This document shows, one piece after another, positions 11,659 to 23,930 of a stretch of DNA of 33,678 nt. A program made the translations under genes and the position numbers. The stretch's first letter is position 1; every line of letters starts with the position of its first letter. The notes beneath the pieces were generated by a model. The model was not told the DNA's origin and did not search any database. It was given only the letters and a program-made list of their open reading frames with translations. The DNA is from Catajapyx aquilonaris (Eukaryota), in contig KZ539092.1 in NCBI GenBank assembly GCA_000934665.2, positions 1-33,678 of the forward strand, in the 5' to 3' direction.

Positions 11659-11817
11659 GATCAAGCCCTCAGCAACACTCCCGCTTGTTCAATACGGCAT
11701 CAGGTTATCCCGATCAATCTGCCGCCTTTGTTGACGGATGATTATATTTCCGATGCGTTTATGGATAAACTTACTCCCAAAGTAATTCGGTTGGACTTGA
11801 CTGAAACCCTCGAGTAG
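11656..11817 (+). pseudogene. 53-aa ORF resembling the first half of an RRM (possible LINE ORF1 remnant)
   Basis: MDQALSNTPACSIRHQVIPINLPPLLTDDYISDAFMDKLTPKVIRL. The V..INLPP..TDD.I..AF pattern resembles RNP2 plus helix 1. FRG and TAFF in adjacent frames at 11829-51 resemble RNP1. Confidence 0.25.
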
Positions 11818-13549
11818 CTCTTTTCTTTTTTCGGGGCTAACTGCATTTTTCCCTGCAATCATCCCGCAGTCACACGGAGGAAATGAAGTTATACTCTATT
11901 TTTATCGCATCGTTCCATCGACATCGCCAAGAAAAGACGAAGGCACCACCGACAGCCATCCAACCCTGCTGTTGTGGTCGAAGAGTTTGGCAAATATACG
12001 TTCTAAAGGTATTTGCAAAGCTAAGTGCAGTACGAGTGTCAGCACGCAGCATTCATTTGTGGCTTTCCAGCTGCGGAATATGTAGAACGAGCGGCATTTT
12101 GTATTCAATATTTTCGCTTTAAAATATCTGGTCTGTTGAGTACTATTTGCGAAATATTTATATAATGCATCACGTTGCATGTACTTGGTGCTTTTAGCCC
12201 AACCTGACACTGCAAACTCAGATTAATCTCCTCAAATGCATAGAATACGTATAAAAATGTCCTTTGAACTTTGATGTTATCTTGTGGGACATGAATACTT
12301 GATCATTACAGTAAACACATTAACACTCACGCTGATGCAGAGCTCCCTTTTTCAGCATCCGAAAGAGGACCACATACCAGTATAGTAGTATTGTGAAAAT
12401 ATATTCCAACAGAATTCCGCGTGGGAATTTTGTGCTCTGGGAGCAGATGAAAGTCAGACCCGAAAAATTATGCAAAGTGTATTTAAATACTGGATGTCTA
12501 CCGTGTTAGCCCACCACAAGTTTACTGCAAATGCATCAGAACAAAACATTTCAACAAACGTATAGCTTAAGAGTTCTTATCCGAATTAGCTCAGATTTGT
12601 CACTGTTAGGAGAAGCCACCCGTTTCTGGCACAATGCAGATGTGACGTTCTCTCTACATTACCCGAATAAATCATCCCCATAATATCAAGCTCTTTGTAT
12701 AGTGAAGCAACATTGCCCACTGCTAAGTAGATGTCAACACTCCGTGCAATGCTCAATATGACAGTAGTTGCCTAATTAGATTGGGGGGATAGGTTGCCTG
12801 CGATGAAGTCATATAGGGACTAATCGAAGTGATAATGACCTGGATATTGATATTTCAATGATGAGAGATTAGTCCGTGAGACAAAAAAAATGGAGCTGCT
12901 CCTTTTAAAATTCCTTTCCAAGGTGGTCTCATCCATGATGGTAGCGGCCTTGCTTCCTTTGAGATCTTGTGAACTCTTACTAATTTGATTCTGTGGAAAT
13001 GAAAACGAAAACTCAAGCTGAAAATCGACCTCTACGATTTGGATGATGTGGAAAATTCAATTTGCATATCTAGGCCGTGCTTATTGTTATGAAGCTGTGC
13101 AATTTGCTAGCACCGAGACGTGATTTGACTTTAATCATATTGACTATAATAAATTGAACAAACACAGCTAGTTAAGATTAGCCGGACTATCCAACAATAG
13201 ACTATAGTTTTTGACACCCTTTTGGCGCCGAAAAATAGAGAAAGTTGGAGAATGTTTTATAAATAACGAACACTTGGATGATAAATGCATAAAGTGACAT
13301 CCAATTTTAGTCACACTCCCTGCGCATTAATTGAACTGTCACATTCATCCGACATCAAGGTTAGCTCTAATTACTGTGTAAAATGTGGATAGCCGAGCTG
13401 AAACTGAAAAGTGGGGATTTAGTCCAGTTTTAATTTAAGCAAATTAAACCGGCGTTCAAAGTTGTGTCGAAAGCGATTTGGTCGCCTTGTTAATCAATTC
13501 CAACAAACCCGTTCGGATTGTCAGTGTACTGTTGGATGTAGCAAGTGCT

Positions 13550-13730
13550 ACGTGAACAATGAGGCACATAAAAGCAAAGCTTCTGTATATTTTATATTCT
13601 AGATTGATTTGTGGGTGGGCGGGTGGATGTACCGGAGGGAGAGAAACTCGGCATAATTTCTCATTTCCGAGGCGGACTTGGCCACAAAAAGGAATACAGT
13701 CGTAGCTGTGTGATATCTCTATCGCATTTT
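13550..13730 (-). pseudogene. Decayed zinc-finger remnant inside the open 114-aa frame, locus E
   Basis: AIEISHSYD-CIPFC (13684-98)-x12-[V>H]SLPPV-HP, then INLEYK[I>C]YR[S>C]...LIVH (13552-63). The spacing fits CCHH followed by CCHC, but several ligands must be restored, some by more than one base. Confidence 0.35.
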
Positions 13731-14030
13731 CTTCCGTGAACATTGGCAATTTCAGTCGGCTCCTCGCATAATGAAGATGGGCCACCCAAATCCCTACCAC
13801 CCGTGTGGTCCCCGCTAAGGCTTAATCTCAGGAATAGCCGTTAAGGGGGTAAAGCTGACTTTCAAAAGAAAAGAAAAAGGAAGAAAAAAAAGGAGAAGGA
13901 GAGAAACTAATGTTGAGAGGAGCTGCCAAGAGACATATCAGCTCTGTTGCGACGCACTTATTCTCATTACTTGCTCCGTTCCCAGCATGCCCAGCTGTTA
14001 TTTCCACTAGTTGTGATCTCTACCACAATA

Positions 14031-14222
14031 CAGGGTGTTCCAAGTTGGTGAGTCGTTTTTAGTTATCGCTGATATCGCCCGAAGTAGTTATTTTTTGTAT
14101 AGCTTGTTGTTCCCCGATCCAGGTGGCCGAATGGATCGGGGCACAACAAGCTACAAAAAATAACAGGTTCGAGCAAAATATCTCATATAACTAAAAACGA
14201 CCCATGAACTTGGAACACCCTG
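14031..14222. mobile_element. 192-bp foldback MITE, Tc1/mariner-type (5'-CAGGGTGTTCCAAGTT)
   Basis: TA TSD 14029-30 and 14223-24. Perfect 16-bp terminal IR. Arms pair with mismatches to the centre (TAGCTTGTTGT..CCCGATCCA / TGGATCGGG..ACAACAAGCTA). Confidence 0.9.
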
Positions 14223-15369
14223 TATAGGTATAAAATGTGCGGAGATAACAATTCTGCAGGATTTACGAGTAATGTGTCTAGTCATTCATTGAGTCACAGC
14301 TGAAGTTGTCATTAGGAATTGCGCGCTGCGTTAATCAGTAGGAAATAAAACGGACACCCACGGCTGATATTTACAATGTGTACTGTACCGTAACTTGTTT
14401 GTACGAAGGTTCGACAAGGGACTGCAGTTGATGAGGAAATTCGGTATCTCGCGATTCGATTACAGGTGAAGGCTGTCTAGGTGCGTATTTTTTTAAAGGT
14501 TGTCCTTCAAAGCAGGGATGGTTACTAAATTTTCCAAATTCGAATAATATAATGGGCTTTCATTTAAAGCCTCTCGATTTGCTCATATTATACTGGCATG
14601 TGCGAATTAATAACGGGCTACATCCAATCAATTTGTAACTTCATTATAATGTGGGACTGCGTCCTCAAGCACGTAAATGAACTGATCTCTATTTTGCGCT
14701 TTGTAATGAAACCGGTACGAGTGGGCTTGAAATGAAAGAAGTGGATATTGAATTGATGTATTGGAGGGTTTCTGTACAACACAAAACGTCAAATATGCAT
14801 TTGTACATAGTGACATTTTGCATTATTCTCAAATTGTGTTTCCTATTTCAACTCATATTGACAGACAGATTTTTAGAGTGTGCAGTTTATGTGTAGCTTT
14901 TATGGCCGAAAATGTAAAGTGCAATAATTGGAACCAGAAACACTTCCCAATGTACAGTAGTTCAATTACACATATTTGACTGTTTTTAGCGCATATGTGT
15001 GCAGTAAAAATTTAGGAATTCCATGTGGGATATAAATGTAGCGCTACTCTAAATCAATATTAGCATTTGCCGACGAATCTTTCAAATCAAAATTTATTTC
15101 AAAAACCAAGTGATATGGGACAGTGTACTTACTGCACAGTCTATGGGATATATGATCACAAAAATGCTCGCTTAACCTTTTTCTTAAAACGTTCAAATGT
15201 CTAAATTCATATAAGTTACTGTATACTTTATCTAATTAATTAGTAACCTATTTTCTGAGTGTAAGTATTATCCCCTTTTGCTTTAATAGCCTACCTTAAG
15301 TGCAAAAGGAATATACAAGTAACTATCCAACATCTCGCCACTAAAATGATGGTTACTTCCCTACAGTAC

Positions 15370-15750
15370 AAGGGGTTAATTTGCATCTAACTCTAAATTC
15401 ATCGCCGTCCCGACAAGAAGTCGCATCTCCGACCAGTTGAACGTTACTTAAGACACTCCTCCCGGACGAAGCTGGGTGAATATTTGAGCAGCTTGTGTAT
15501 TCATTCCCTTGCCATTATGTTGATAATTTCGTCCTAGTGTGTGTGTTTAATTGGGTGGAGATGGGGTGCCAGCGGCAAGTGTTTGGGAGGGGTTGAATCA
15601 GCAATGGCACACTAGATACACTCCAATCGACCGGTTCATCAGGACTTGGCTATGCTTCCTTTCTACAAGGGGGGTAACTTGATGGCCATCATTTTCCTTG
15701 ATCATGATGGAATGCCTGCCTCGTTCCAAGGGGACAATCTGTTAATTGAC
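15370..15750 (-). pseudogene. Decayed zinc-finger + Myb-like remnant, locus F
   Basis: D-CPL[G>C]TRQAFHHDQG (15739 down); Y.-CAI[A>C] (15600-11)-x12-H (LAPH 15561-72)-LHPIKH; then FN-WSE-MRLL...LELD (15427-35) and QIN.L in the adjacent frame. Confidence 0.45.
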
Positions 15751-15754
15751 TGCA

Positions 15755-15796
15755 GGGGGGGGGGGGGGGGGNNNNNNNNNNNNNNNNNNGGGGGGG
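15755..15796. other. Poly-G tract containing an 18-N assembly gap
   Basis: G run 15755-71, N 15772-89, G run 15790-96. True length is unknown. Confidence 0.95.
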
Positions 15797-16312
15797 AGTA
15801 GGAGGAGAAAAGTAGGTGGTGGGAGGCAATGTCTCAGAGAGGATATCCGGATATGTCTTGGGTTCTACTCCTTGGCCCAGGCGCCATTTTTTTCCCCGCT
15901 CACTCCTCATATATATACTTTTTCCTAGCTTTAATCTTCGCCCTTTCGCGCCAGAGTCTTTGCAGATTAGATTACACCAGGATTCAATATATCATTCCTG
16001 ATTATCTTTGTCAAAAAGGCCCTATCTTGAAAATTAAACTCAAATGCATATATCCGGTCTCAGTGCCTCCATTTTCTTGGCAAGATCAAGCCGCACTTAA
16101 GATATGACGGCACATTTCTTTTTCTGCCCAGCACCCAGAGGAGGAAAAATGTGTTTCTCATTGTGGCACTTATTCCAGGGTATTTTATTGCTATGGTTTT
16201 CGCTATAAAAATGACTTGCGGTAGTAAGCACTGTGTGTAGTTGTGATTAGTGCAGCCGCGGCGAGATTTTTTAAAGTAAATGTAGTTATATCGTGTTTAT
16301 TTCTCTTCGGTT

Positions 16313-16341
16313 TAATAATGACGATGATGATAATGATGATG

Positions 16342-16377
<36 letters not shown>
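16313..16377. repeat. Compound (ATG)n/(ATA)n microsatellite
   Basis: TAATAATGACGATGATGATAATGATGATGATAATAATAATA...; explains the poly-Ile ORF 16203..16409. Confidence 0.95.
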
Positions 16378-16785
16378 GAGTAAATTCCTGTGGGTATTTT
16401 CTTATTCATTATTTAAATTATAGATTATTTTAATGTCCTTGTAGTTACCACGAAATGTATTGGTTGCAGAATCCGATTAAATTTAGCTGTCATTGGATAT
16501 TAGGATAAGCGAATTTATTAATATTGTGTGCATCCCATTGAGAAAATTAGTGTTTATGCATGAGTTGTGGTGAAAGTTTGTAAAAGTAATAATTGCATAA
16601 TAGGTCGTTTAACATGAATTACTCTGAGAAAAGAAGTGCTGAGGCCAGGTACACAAAATGTCTAGGCCTATACTTGCATGCCCATATAATATTATAGCAT
16701 TGATTTTATATAAAAACTGAAGCAGGCAGGGCCCCCATTGTACATCTCGTGATTTCATTCCCATCAAGAAAATACCTTTGTTATA

Positions 16786-17159
16786 CTGTCTATTTTATTC
16801 TACTCTGGACTCACGTCATCAAGCCCCCCTCTGCTCCACCCGTCCACCCCTCCACAGACTGTATAATGTTACCAACCTAACTTCACACACGTGTTATCAC
16901 AAACAATGTTGTAATTAAATCATAAGGCATACACCGCACATGTTTGCGATATATTTTGCGATATATTATAATGTGAGTGTTAATCGACACTCTGCGTATT
17001 CCCTTGTCACGGACAGAAGGAACAGCGTTGCATTAATGGTGACAGCTGTGACCACATGCGTGAGGTTAGGTTGGTAACATGTACAGTCCGTGAAAGGGTG
17101 AATGGGTGGAGCAGAGGGGGGCTTGATGACGTGAGTCCACAGTAGAATAAAACAGACAA
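16786..17159. mobile_element. MITE with ~105-bp imperfect TIRs and TA TSD
   Basis: TA (16784-85) CTGTCTATTTTATTCTACTCTGGACTCACGTCATCAAGCCCCCCTCTGCTCCACCC...GTTACCAACCTAAC pairs with GTTAGGTTGGTAAC...GGGTGGAGCAGAGGGGGGCTTGATGACGTGAGTCCACAGTAGAATAAAACAGACAA + TA (17160-61). Confidence 0.88.
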
Positions 17160-18129
17160 TATTTAGTCATGCTGTTGCAGCAGACATGATCCCAAGCAAT
17201 ATTTCATTTCAACATTATAATTTTGTCGTCCTGCAACAATTGTTTAAAATATTGCAAGTGTGGACTGGTGCTGGTTTCGTATGTGACCCACTGCAATAAT
17301 TTTCAAACTCCAAATCTTTATATCTCGAAGTCAGTCCAGTGTGACTGACTGTGCTGAATTTCAGGTCTTGCCATGTTCAAAACCATATTTGTGTCGGTGA
17401 TTGTTGAGGGACTCTCGCTCCTGTTCTGTGTCTCAGCTCTCCGTTTGATCCTCGCGACATCTAAAAAAAAATAAAAAATAAAAAGCATGGTTGCATTGTA
17501 CCAGAACTTCAAACCCCACCAGATTCCACATTTCTACTTGTTTATGCTTTCCAATAATAAGGCATTATCATTACGTGAATTCCCTCTATCTCACGAATTC
17601 AGTTCCTTTAATTCACATCTGTCAAACGCGTAGTACAGATTAAATCTTATTGAAGTACGAATGTTATGCACTGCTTGAAAAGTCGAGCCCTTTGTGCATC
17701 CGTGAAAGAGCCTACGTGAATCCCATATTGAGGTGAAAGGGCGAGCAGGGTACAGGATCCCTTCTGACGCATTTTATGGACAAAATTTAAATTCTACTAA
17801 TGTTATAAACGTAGGTTTATATGCACATCTACAGTGCCCAGGGAAGATATCGGGAAAATACCACTGTTCTAAATTACTCGGGCGTGAGCTGGGCACATTA
17901 GGAGAAAGCCTATTTGATAGTTGATATTGCACAGGCACCGTTAAAGACTACAAAAAAGATAGAACTGGTTCTGGAAATGACTTTAACAATAACTTATGCT
18001 CCGACGCCATTGCTTATATCAATGATTATATCGCATATTTTTAAAGCCCTGTCCATGAATACAAAATTATAGATACATCCATATCTTAGTCTGCTTAAAT
18101 CTGTTTTTCTGACACGAAATTCTATAATT

Positions 18130-18450
18130 CCTCTAGTGTGCCGCAACATTATGCGATAGAGAGAAATCTCAGTTGCCGACAGAGCATTGCTATCTCTTAT
18201 ATTGGAAGCCAAGTCTTCCGGGCGGGCCGCTCCCTTGCTTTTGTAGTCAATGGCCCTTGAGTAAAAGAAAGGGAATGGAGCTGCAGCTCAGAAAAATCAA
18301 TCCGCTCCTACAATCACTGAAGAAACTCGGCACTAGACCAAAAAAAAAAAGTGGAAATAATAAATACATGCGGATAACAAGATTTACTCGTGCATCATCA
18401 CAGCTCTTATTTCCAGCGCCATTTCACTTTTGGAGTATATTAATAATTGA
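18130..18450 (+). pseudogene. Decayed zinc-finger + Myb-like remnant, locus G
   Basis: CAATLCDR..EH; GPLP-CFC-SQWPLSKR-KGMEL[Q>H]LRKI[N>H]P (18236-18304), close to the R2 finger G+.LH.RK.HP; then RPKKK/KW-K-TAA-TAA (W 18352; stops restorable to GAA GAA = W.EE) and YINN (18436-47) in the W frame. Confidence 0.55.
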
Positions 18451-20319
18451 GAAGGATACTGTTCTTGTTTATGCAGCGTCTTGAGGATGTGTTTTTAAAA
18501 TATATTTTCCTTGACTAAAGCCAAGCTCTCTGGACCAACTTTCTGTACAGTGTCTTCAGCGATACACTGATCTATACCAGTACCGTCGTGAGCAGTAGCT
18601 TTCCACACTTCCCGTCACCTTGACCCAATCAACGACGGCTCATTGTAATCTACACACGCAATAGTTGCGGTCACTGATTCTAAAGCGACTTTTGTTACAC
18701 TCTCCATAGGCAAGCGTGCAGACGTAACGCGACTGAAGGCTTCTAAATAGCGTGACAGGTTCTATAGAGGCATCAAAGGGATTGCCTACGTTTGCCAAGT
18801 GGCATGCTAATCCGAAACAGCATCTTAGAAGGCCAGAACGTCAAAAGCAAGACCTGAATTCCCGAGGGTGGTTAACCGCCTTACAACCTGCAGCTTCCTT
18901 AAAGATTTTCGGGATACGGGTTTAATACAGTGGGGGCGGTGTTGCCAGATTTGCGGATGAAAGGTGTCGTTGTGCATATTTAATCTTGCATCAACCGCGC
19001 GGAAGTTTGCAGTGGTTTTCGTATCCGACGTGGAGAGTGGTAGCAACTCTGTTGGGTTGATAAAAGTTGCAAAAAGCCGCCAGTCTGATAGACTTTAAGT
19101 GAAGGTTATTTAGTGTAGAAATGTCTTTTCCTGCAGTTACGCAATAATTTTGTAATCGTAACTGGAATTGGAAGGAAAAGTCAATAGTTGGGACGACCAC
19201 CGATATAAGTAGATGCCAAAAGCTATTAGTCAACAAGTTTTGCACGAATATGTAGGGATCACTCCATTCCCTTTAAGATACACACTGCTGATGAGAGGGG
19301 TGGAGGAAAAAAGGCGAAAGCAAACTCTCCAGGCTGCAAAATATGTTTCGAAAGTTCTGATGATGACAAGGCAGGATCGTCAGCTTGTAAGAAAAACGTA
19401 GAAATTAACGATCAGGGGCCAAGATTCAAGCGACAAAATGACAGAGTGTGAGTTCAGTAAGACAACAAGTTGATGATAAGATTTGGTCACAACTAAAGCG
19501 AATGTGTTAATGTCAGGCTGATGAATCAGCACTAACTAACCAACCCATTCAGTTAAAAAAAATTGGGTTAAAATTGCTTCTCAAAAACATGTTTTATGTT
19601 GTGCTGTTTTACATTTACCGGGGATGTATATAGTGAATATGGAGGTAGTAGCAGAGAGAAGATGAAGAGATTTCACCGCTTTTAGTGGCATACCCTAGTC
19701 ACAAGGGATAGTGGAGGATTCACGTCTACCTATATGGACATGAAGAGAGAGAGGTTGAATTATCAGCAGCCATGAGTGCTTGGATAAAGTAGGGCTATAT
19801 GAGCATGATCTGCTCCTTTGAGTTTAAAGGTCAACATCGCAAATAGACTTACAGAACTGTCGCACAGGAGTTAGGGATTCGTTAGCATCTGTAAGATCAA
19901 AGCTGTCCTTTCACTATTGGAACCAGCGACGTCCTCGGTGAGGAATCTAAATAGCCTAAGCCGGCTTCACTTAGGTTGCCCTTTAATGTCCTATGTATAC
20001 TTCTGAAGGAAGCAGGTGGTACACTAGCTCAGGGTTACCCTGCTTATCTTCTTCCTTACACTAACCAAGCTCCTCTTTAACACATGACCTCCAAAATAGC
20101 ATTCTATATACAAGTAGGGGGACGTAAATTGAACAGTATAAATAATTGTTGTCCACTTATCACAAAGGATACTGTACATTATTAGAAAATTAATTTTGCT
20201 TTTTTGATACCACTTTTAAAATTTACTCGTTACTTTTTTTTACATTTTAATCCTTTACTTTTTCTAAGTAATATGAGTTTATTACTCAGAAAAACGAGCC
20301 ATACCCCACTCCCATGAAA

Positions 20320-20680
20320 ACTGACCTTTGGCCACAACCCCAATTTTTGCGGCCCGTGTAACAGCTCCCAGCAAAAAATTCTCAAACACTCGACGCCCAA
20401 CCCACATAGTGTTTGCACCTCATTGTTGACCCTCACCCACTTGGGCATGCCCACACACTTGTTGTCATCACAGCGGATCCCACACCATCCCCCTCTTCTA
20501 GCCTCCCATTTCTATACAGTTTGCACGTCACAGCACCAAATTAAGGTTCTTGCGAATAATTAAGTGCATACCCCGTACATAAGAGTTGTGCTCGATGGAG
20601 CCTTAAATATAGTAGTAATGGAATTGGACAGCTGGACCGCTGAAGGGCTAGTCATTTCAGAGATGGCTCAAGGCTAGAGT
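20320..20680 (+). pseudogene. Decayed triple zinc-finger + Myb-like remnant in a single frame, locus H
   Basis: One frame with one internal stop: GHNPNF-CGPC (20348-59)...KILKH; SVC...THLGMPTHL; HF[Y>C]TVC...K[V>G]LAN[N>H]*VH; then DS-WTAE[G>E]LVISEMA (W 20633). A Pro/Ser-rich stretch follows (~20850-20940). Confidence 0.55.
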
Positions 20681-21594
20681 GCTTAGATATTTTTGCATCG
20701 AGAGAGGAAATCAGAGAGAGGGAGAGAGATCCTGGATCGATGAAAAAGTTCTATATGTCTCCCCACGATCGTAAGGATGTGGGCACCAGGTCGCCTTTTG
20801 CCCAGATGAGAGTGTCGTGAATAGCCTTACTCTTGAGTACACTACTCATCACAAACCTACCCCCCCATCCACCTAATTTATCTGGCTCGCAAACTCGTCT
20901 CATCTCGACAACAACACCTTCTCTCCACAATCCCCAACAGACGTGTCCCATGGCTTGTTTTCCTCTTTCTCTCTCCCTTTTTTTTTGTCTTCACTGGACA
21001 GTCCTCGAGAGTTCCCTAATTGCCTCCTGTACTTCGACTGCGACCGAGATCTAACAATACACCTGCAGCTCTATAGGTCTACGCTATAGGTATGATAGGA
21101 GTCCATTTCTGAAACCGGAACATATATATTCTATGTAGAATAAGGCCTTGCCCGTGGGTTGTGTTCTCATCGGATTGGATGGCGAAAATCAATATCGGAG
21201 TGTTGGTAGAAACTGTGAAATCAACGCCACTGCGCTTTTGTACGGTAGTTATACATCTTTCAACTGGGAGCTGGTCGGATTTAGTGTGACGACTCGATAG
21301 GGGGCGAGGGTTGTCGCGCAAGTGGAAAGGAATGGGCCTCCAAGTGCGCTACTTTCCCTTTCAGAAGGAAAAGGCTTGTCAAACTGTTGAAAGTTTATCA
21401 AATAGGGTTTCTACAGGTATATATGGTCAATGCTGGCGTTATTCTTTAAAGAAGTTGTGCAATTCGTTGCGAGGTGGTTGAAAAAATTGTGGATAATAAT
21501 GTGTAACGCACTGGGACGCAAGTTGTATGTTTTATACTTTCGTTATACAGTATTCGTATTGGCATAAATGTCATGGACGCGTATGAGTAGGGTT

Positions 21595-21765
21595 GGCACC
21601 CTGACTTGTGAAGAAGTGAGTTGCGCTTGGGGGTGCGCATTCGCTTCTTTTCAGCGTCATTTACTGGGCGCACTCGGGATCAGGATTGCCAACTTGAAAG
21701 GAGCGTCGAGACATTTCAACCGATGCGGATGTGAGATGAACTATGAAACAAGCTGCATACTGTAG
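21595..21765 (+). pseudogene. Decayed Utopia/NeSL-like zinc-finger remnant, locus I
   Basis: Open frame LT-CEEVSC (21601-24)...ASFQR-HL-LGA[L>H]GIRI...RH[F>C]NRCG (21712-29). It fits L.C.E..C...S+.RHL...H.+.I....C..C with two single-base restorations. Confidence 0.5.
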
Positions 21766-23599
21766 CAGTGAGACCTTATAAAATTGTTACAGCACAACTA
21801 ACCTGTCCATTTCCGCCTATAGAGAGGCATGTGAAGGTCATCCATTATCACCATCTACTCTAGTCACCCTCACCAGGGACCTAATTCCCCTCAAGGTGGA
21901 AATAGACATGTTCGATGTGATGCAGTGCGATTTTACCAGAGGCCATGGTGGTGTAGTATAGACAGCATAAAACCTTTTTTTGTCACACTCCTACCCGTCC
22001 TTTTCCACAATAATGGGCCCCTCTGGTATTTTATTGCAAGTGGACATGCCTTTCCACTGCACATCATTATCCATCAATCTCAATTTCAAAGTGAACTTAC
22101 CCCCTTTTTCCTACCGGACTCCTCATTATCATGCAGTATCATGTTGTGTAGCTTTTTGATAATGGATTTAACGTTGAACTAGGGGGGAAAAAAAGCGAAT
22201 GGCACTGATGTAGGATATAAATCTGACGGTTTTATGTAATCGGTTTCTTTTCCAAACTACGCAGCGCTGGAGACACGTCCGGTGATTTGATTCTGGCAGA
22301 GTTATGGCACAATAACGAGATTCATTTTGCAGGGCGCACAGAAATGGATATCTTTCTTGCCAACCACTTATCAAGTTTCTTTGAAGCGCCCATGAGCTGC
22401 AATTATAGCGGAAACTTGTAGTAAATTACCGTGGCAGTGAGTGTGCCAACGCAAAGAACGAAAATTCCCTATTAAGGTGGAAGTCATTCTTCATCCAAAG
22501 AGCGAGGAGGAGCGGAAGATAGTGCTTTGTGGCTGTCCCTTTGTTATCCGGACCGCAACTTGGGGGGGGGAGGGGGGAGGGGGGTACAGTTCATAACGAT
22601 TTTCCTCGTGATAGGTCCTAACCTTATATGCAACTGTACATGGCAGGGGAAAAAAGATAACGAAAGAGGAGATACTGGAGCATGATCCGGGCTGCCGACT
22701 AGGGAATATTGATAAAATTTGAGAGAAATTGAATGTTCACTAGGGACGTGATTTTTTTAAACGTGTGACGAGAGAAAGGGATCACAAGGACGTAGCAGCA
22801 GTTTTCTGGGTGTGTCCTTTCCTAATTCCTTAGCCATATTTTTCTCCTGACACTCAAAGTGTCGGAAGAAAAAGTTCTTATTGGGTTATAGGGCTAGGTC
22901 TGACTTGTCTTCCGACTGCAAGGCGTCTGATTTATGAAACAGGCTTGATGGCAAGGGAAGGACGTGTTTCTTCCACATTCCTTATTTTGTTGACTTAACA
23001 GATTGCATCTTTTGCGCCTAACGCATATTAAGTGATTATGTACTCTGCAACTTACCTGTAATAAGTTTGCCCTGGGCTTTGAGATGGTTCATGTTAACGC
23101 TTTCCGGCTACGATGGTTTTTATATTAAGGGCAATTAATTAGGGACTATTTACTCTTGTGTTCGTTGCATCATAGAAACGATTTACACATCCTGATTAAG
23201 AGATGAGCTCTTAATTAGTGTCGCGTTTCTGGAAATACCGTCTTGCATTCATTTGATCGCGTGGCCCTGGACTTCTTGGCCATCACCGGGTGTGAACCCA
23301 ATGAAACAATGACTAACTATGGCTGCAATAATGCTAGGACCGCCTTGAACCCGAAAACACGGCTTACAATAACCGCATTAAGTGACCTAGTACAGGCACA
23401 ATAGGCTAATTAATGCTAGGGGAAGTCTTTATTTGCCCCTCGCACTAACTCACGCGTAATGAGGCATTATCGCGTAATAGTGTATGCAAAATTAATTGAA
23501 ATTGATGAGCCCCCGTATTCCTTGAATGCAGACCCGCCGAGAGTCCATTCGGTGCAACCACGTCTATTCAAGCAGTGTTTGGAGGTGGAGCGGATTTGA

Positions 23600-23930
23600 G
23601 AGTATATATATAGGGGTTTGGGTGTCGACGACCATACGATTTCTAGCTTGCTGCCTGTATAAATCCACCTCTATGAACTCCTTTCCGGAAATACCGGATT
23701 CCAGGCACCTCCCATGCCTGCTGCTCCTCCTTCTTCTCCTCATCCTCCCCTTTTCCCAGCTTCTTTCACGTCCGGCCGTATTCATGCAATATCGCCGCCG
23801 CTGATTTGATCACTGGGCTGGCAGGGATGAAACATGAAGGAAGCACTCCCAGGTCACCATGTTAAGGATCTTGAGCAGCTTGCCTTGGGCCGGGGCCCCG
23901 CAAATGGGATCAGGAAACCTTATGCGCCTC
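23600..23930 (-). pseudogene. Decayed zinc-finger remnant, locus J
   Basis: RRIRFPDPIC (23926 down); RYC/HE[Y>C]GR across a frameshift; acidic linker; R-CLE[S>C] (23696-710)-x12-[Y>H]RQQ with exact C2H2 spacing. Confidence 0.35.

Noticed and set aside
12960..12982. bantam-like TGAGATCTTGTGAA
   Set aside because: Gapped match, divergent 3' half, no precursor hairpin.
18268..19276. 13-bp inverted repeat AAAGGGAATGGAG / CTCCATTCCCTTT as Kolobok TIRs
   Set aside because: The left flank is AGAA, not TTAA, and the left copy encodes KGME within ZF locus G. Likely chance.
19355..19420. CTGATGA...GAAA hammerhead candidate
   Set aside because: Stem II is mismatched near its base, and stems I and III do not pair. 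Other CTGANGA sites checked (3270, 18553, 27901, 30803) also fail.
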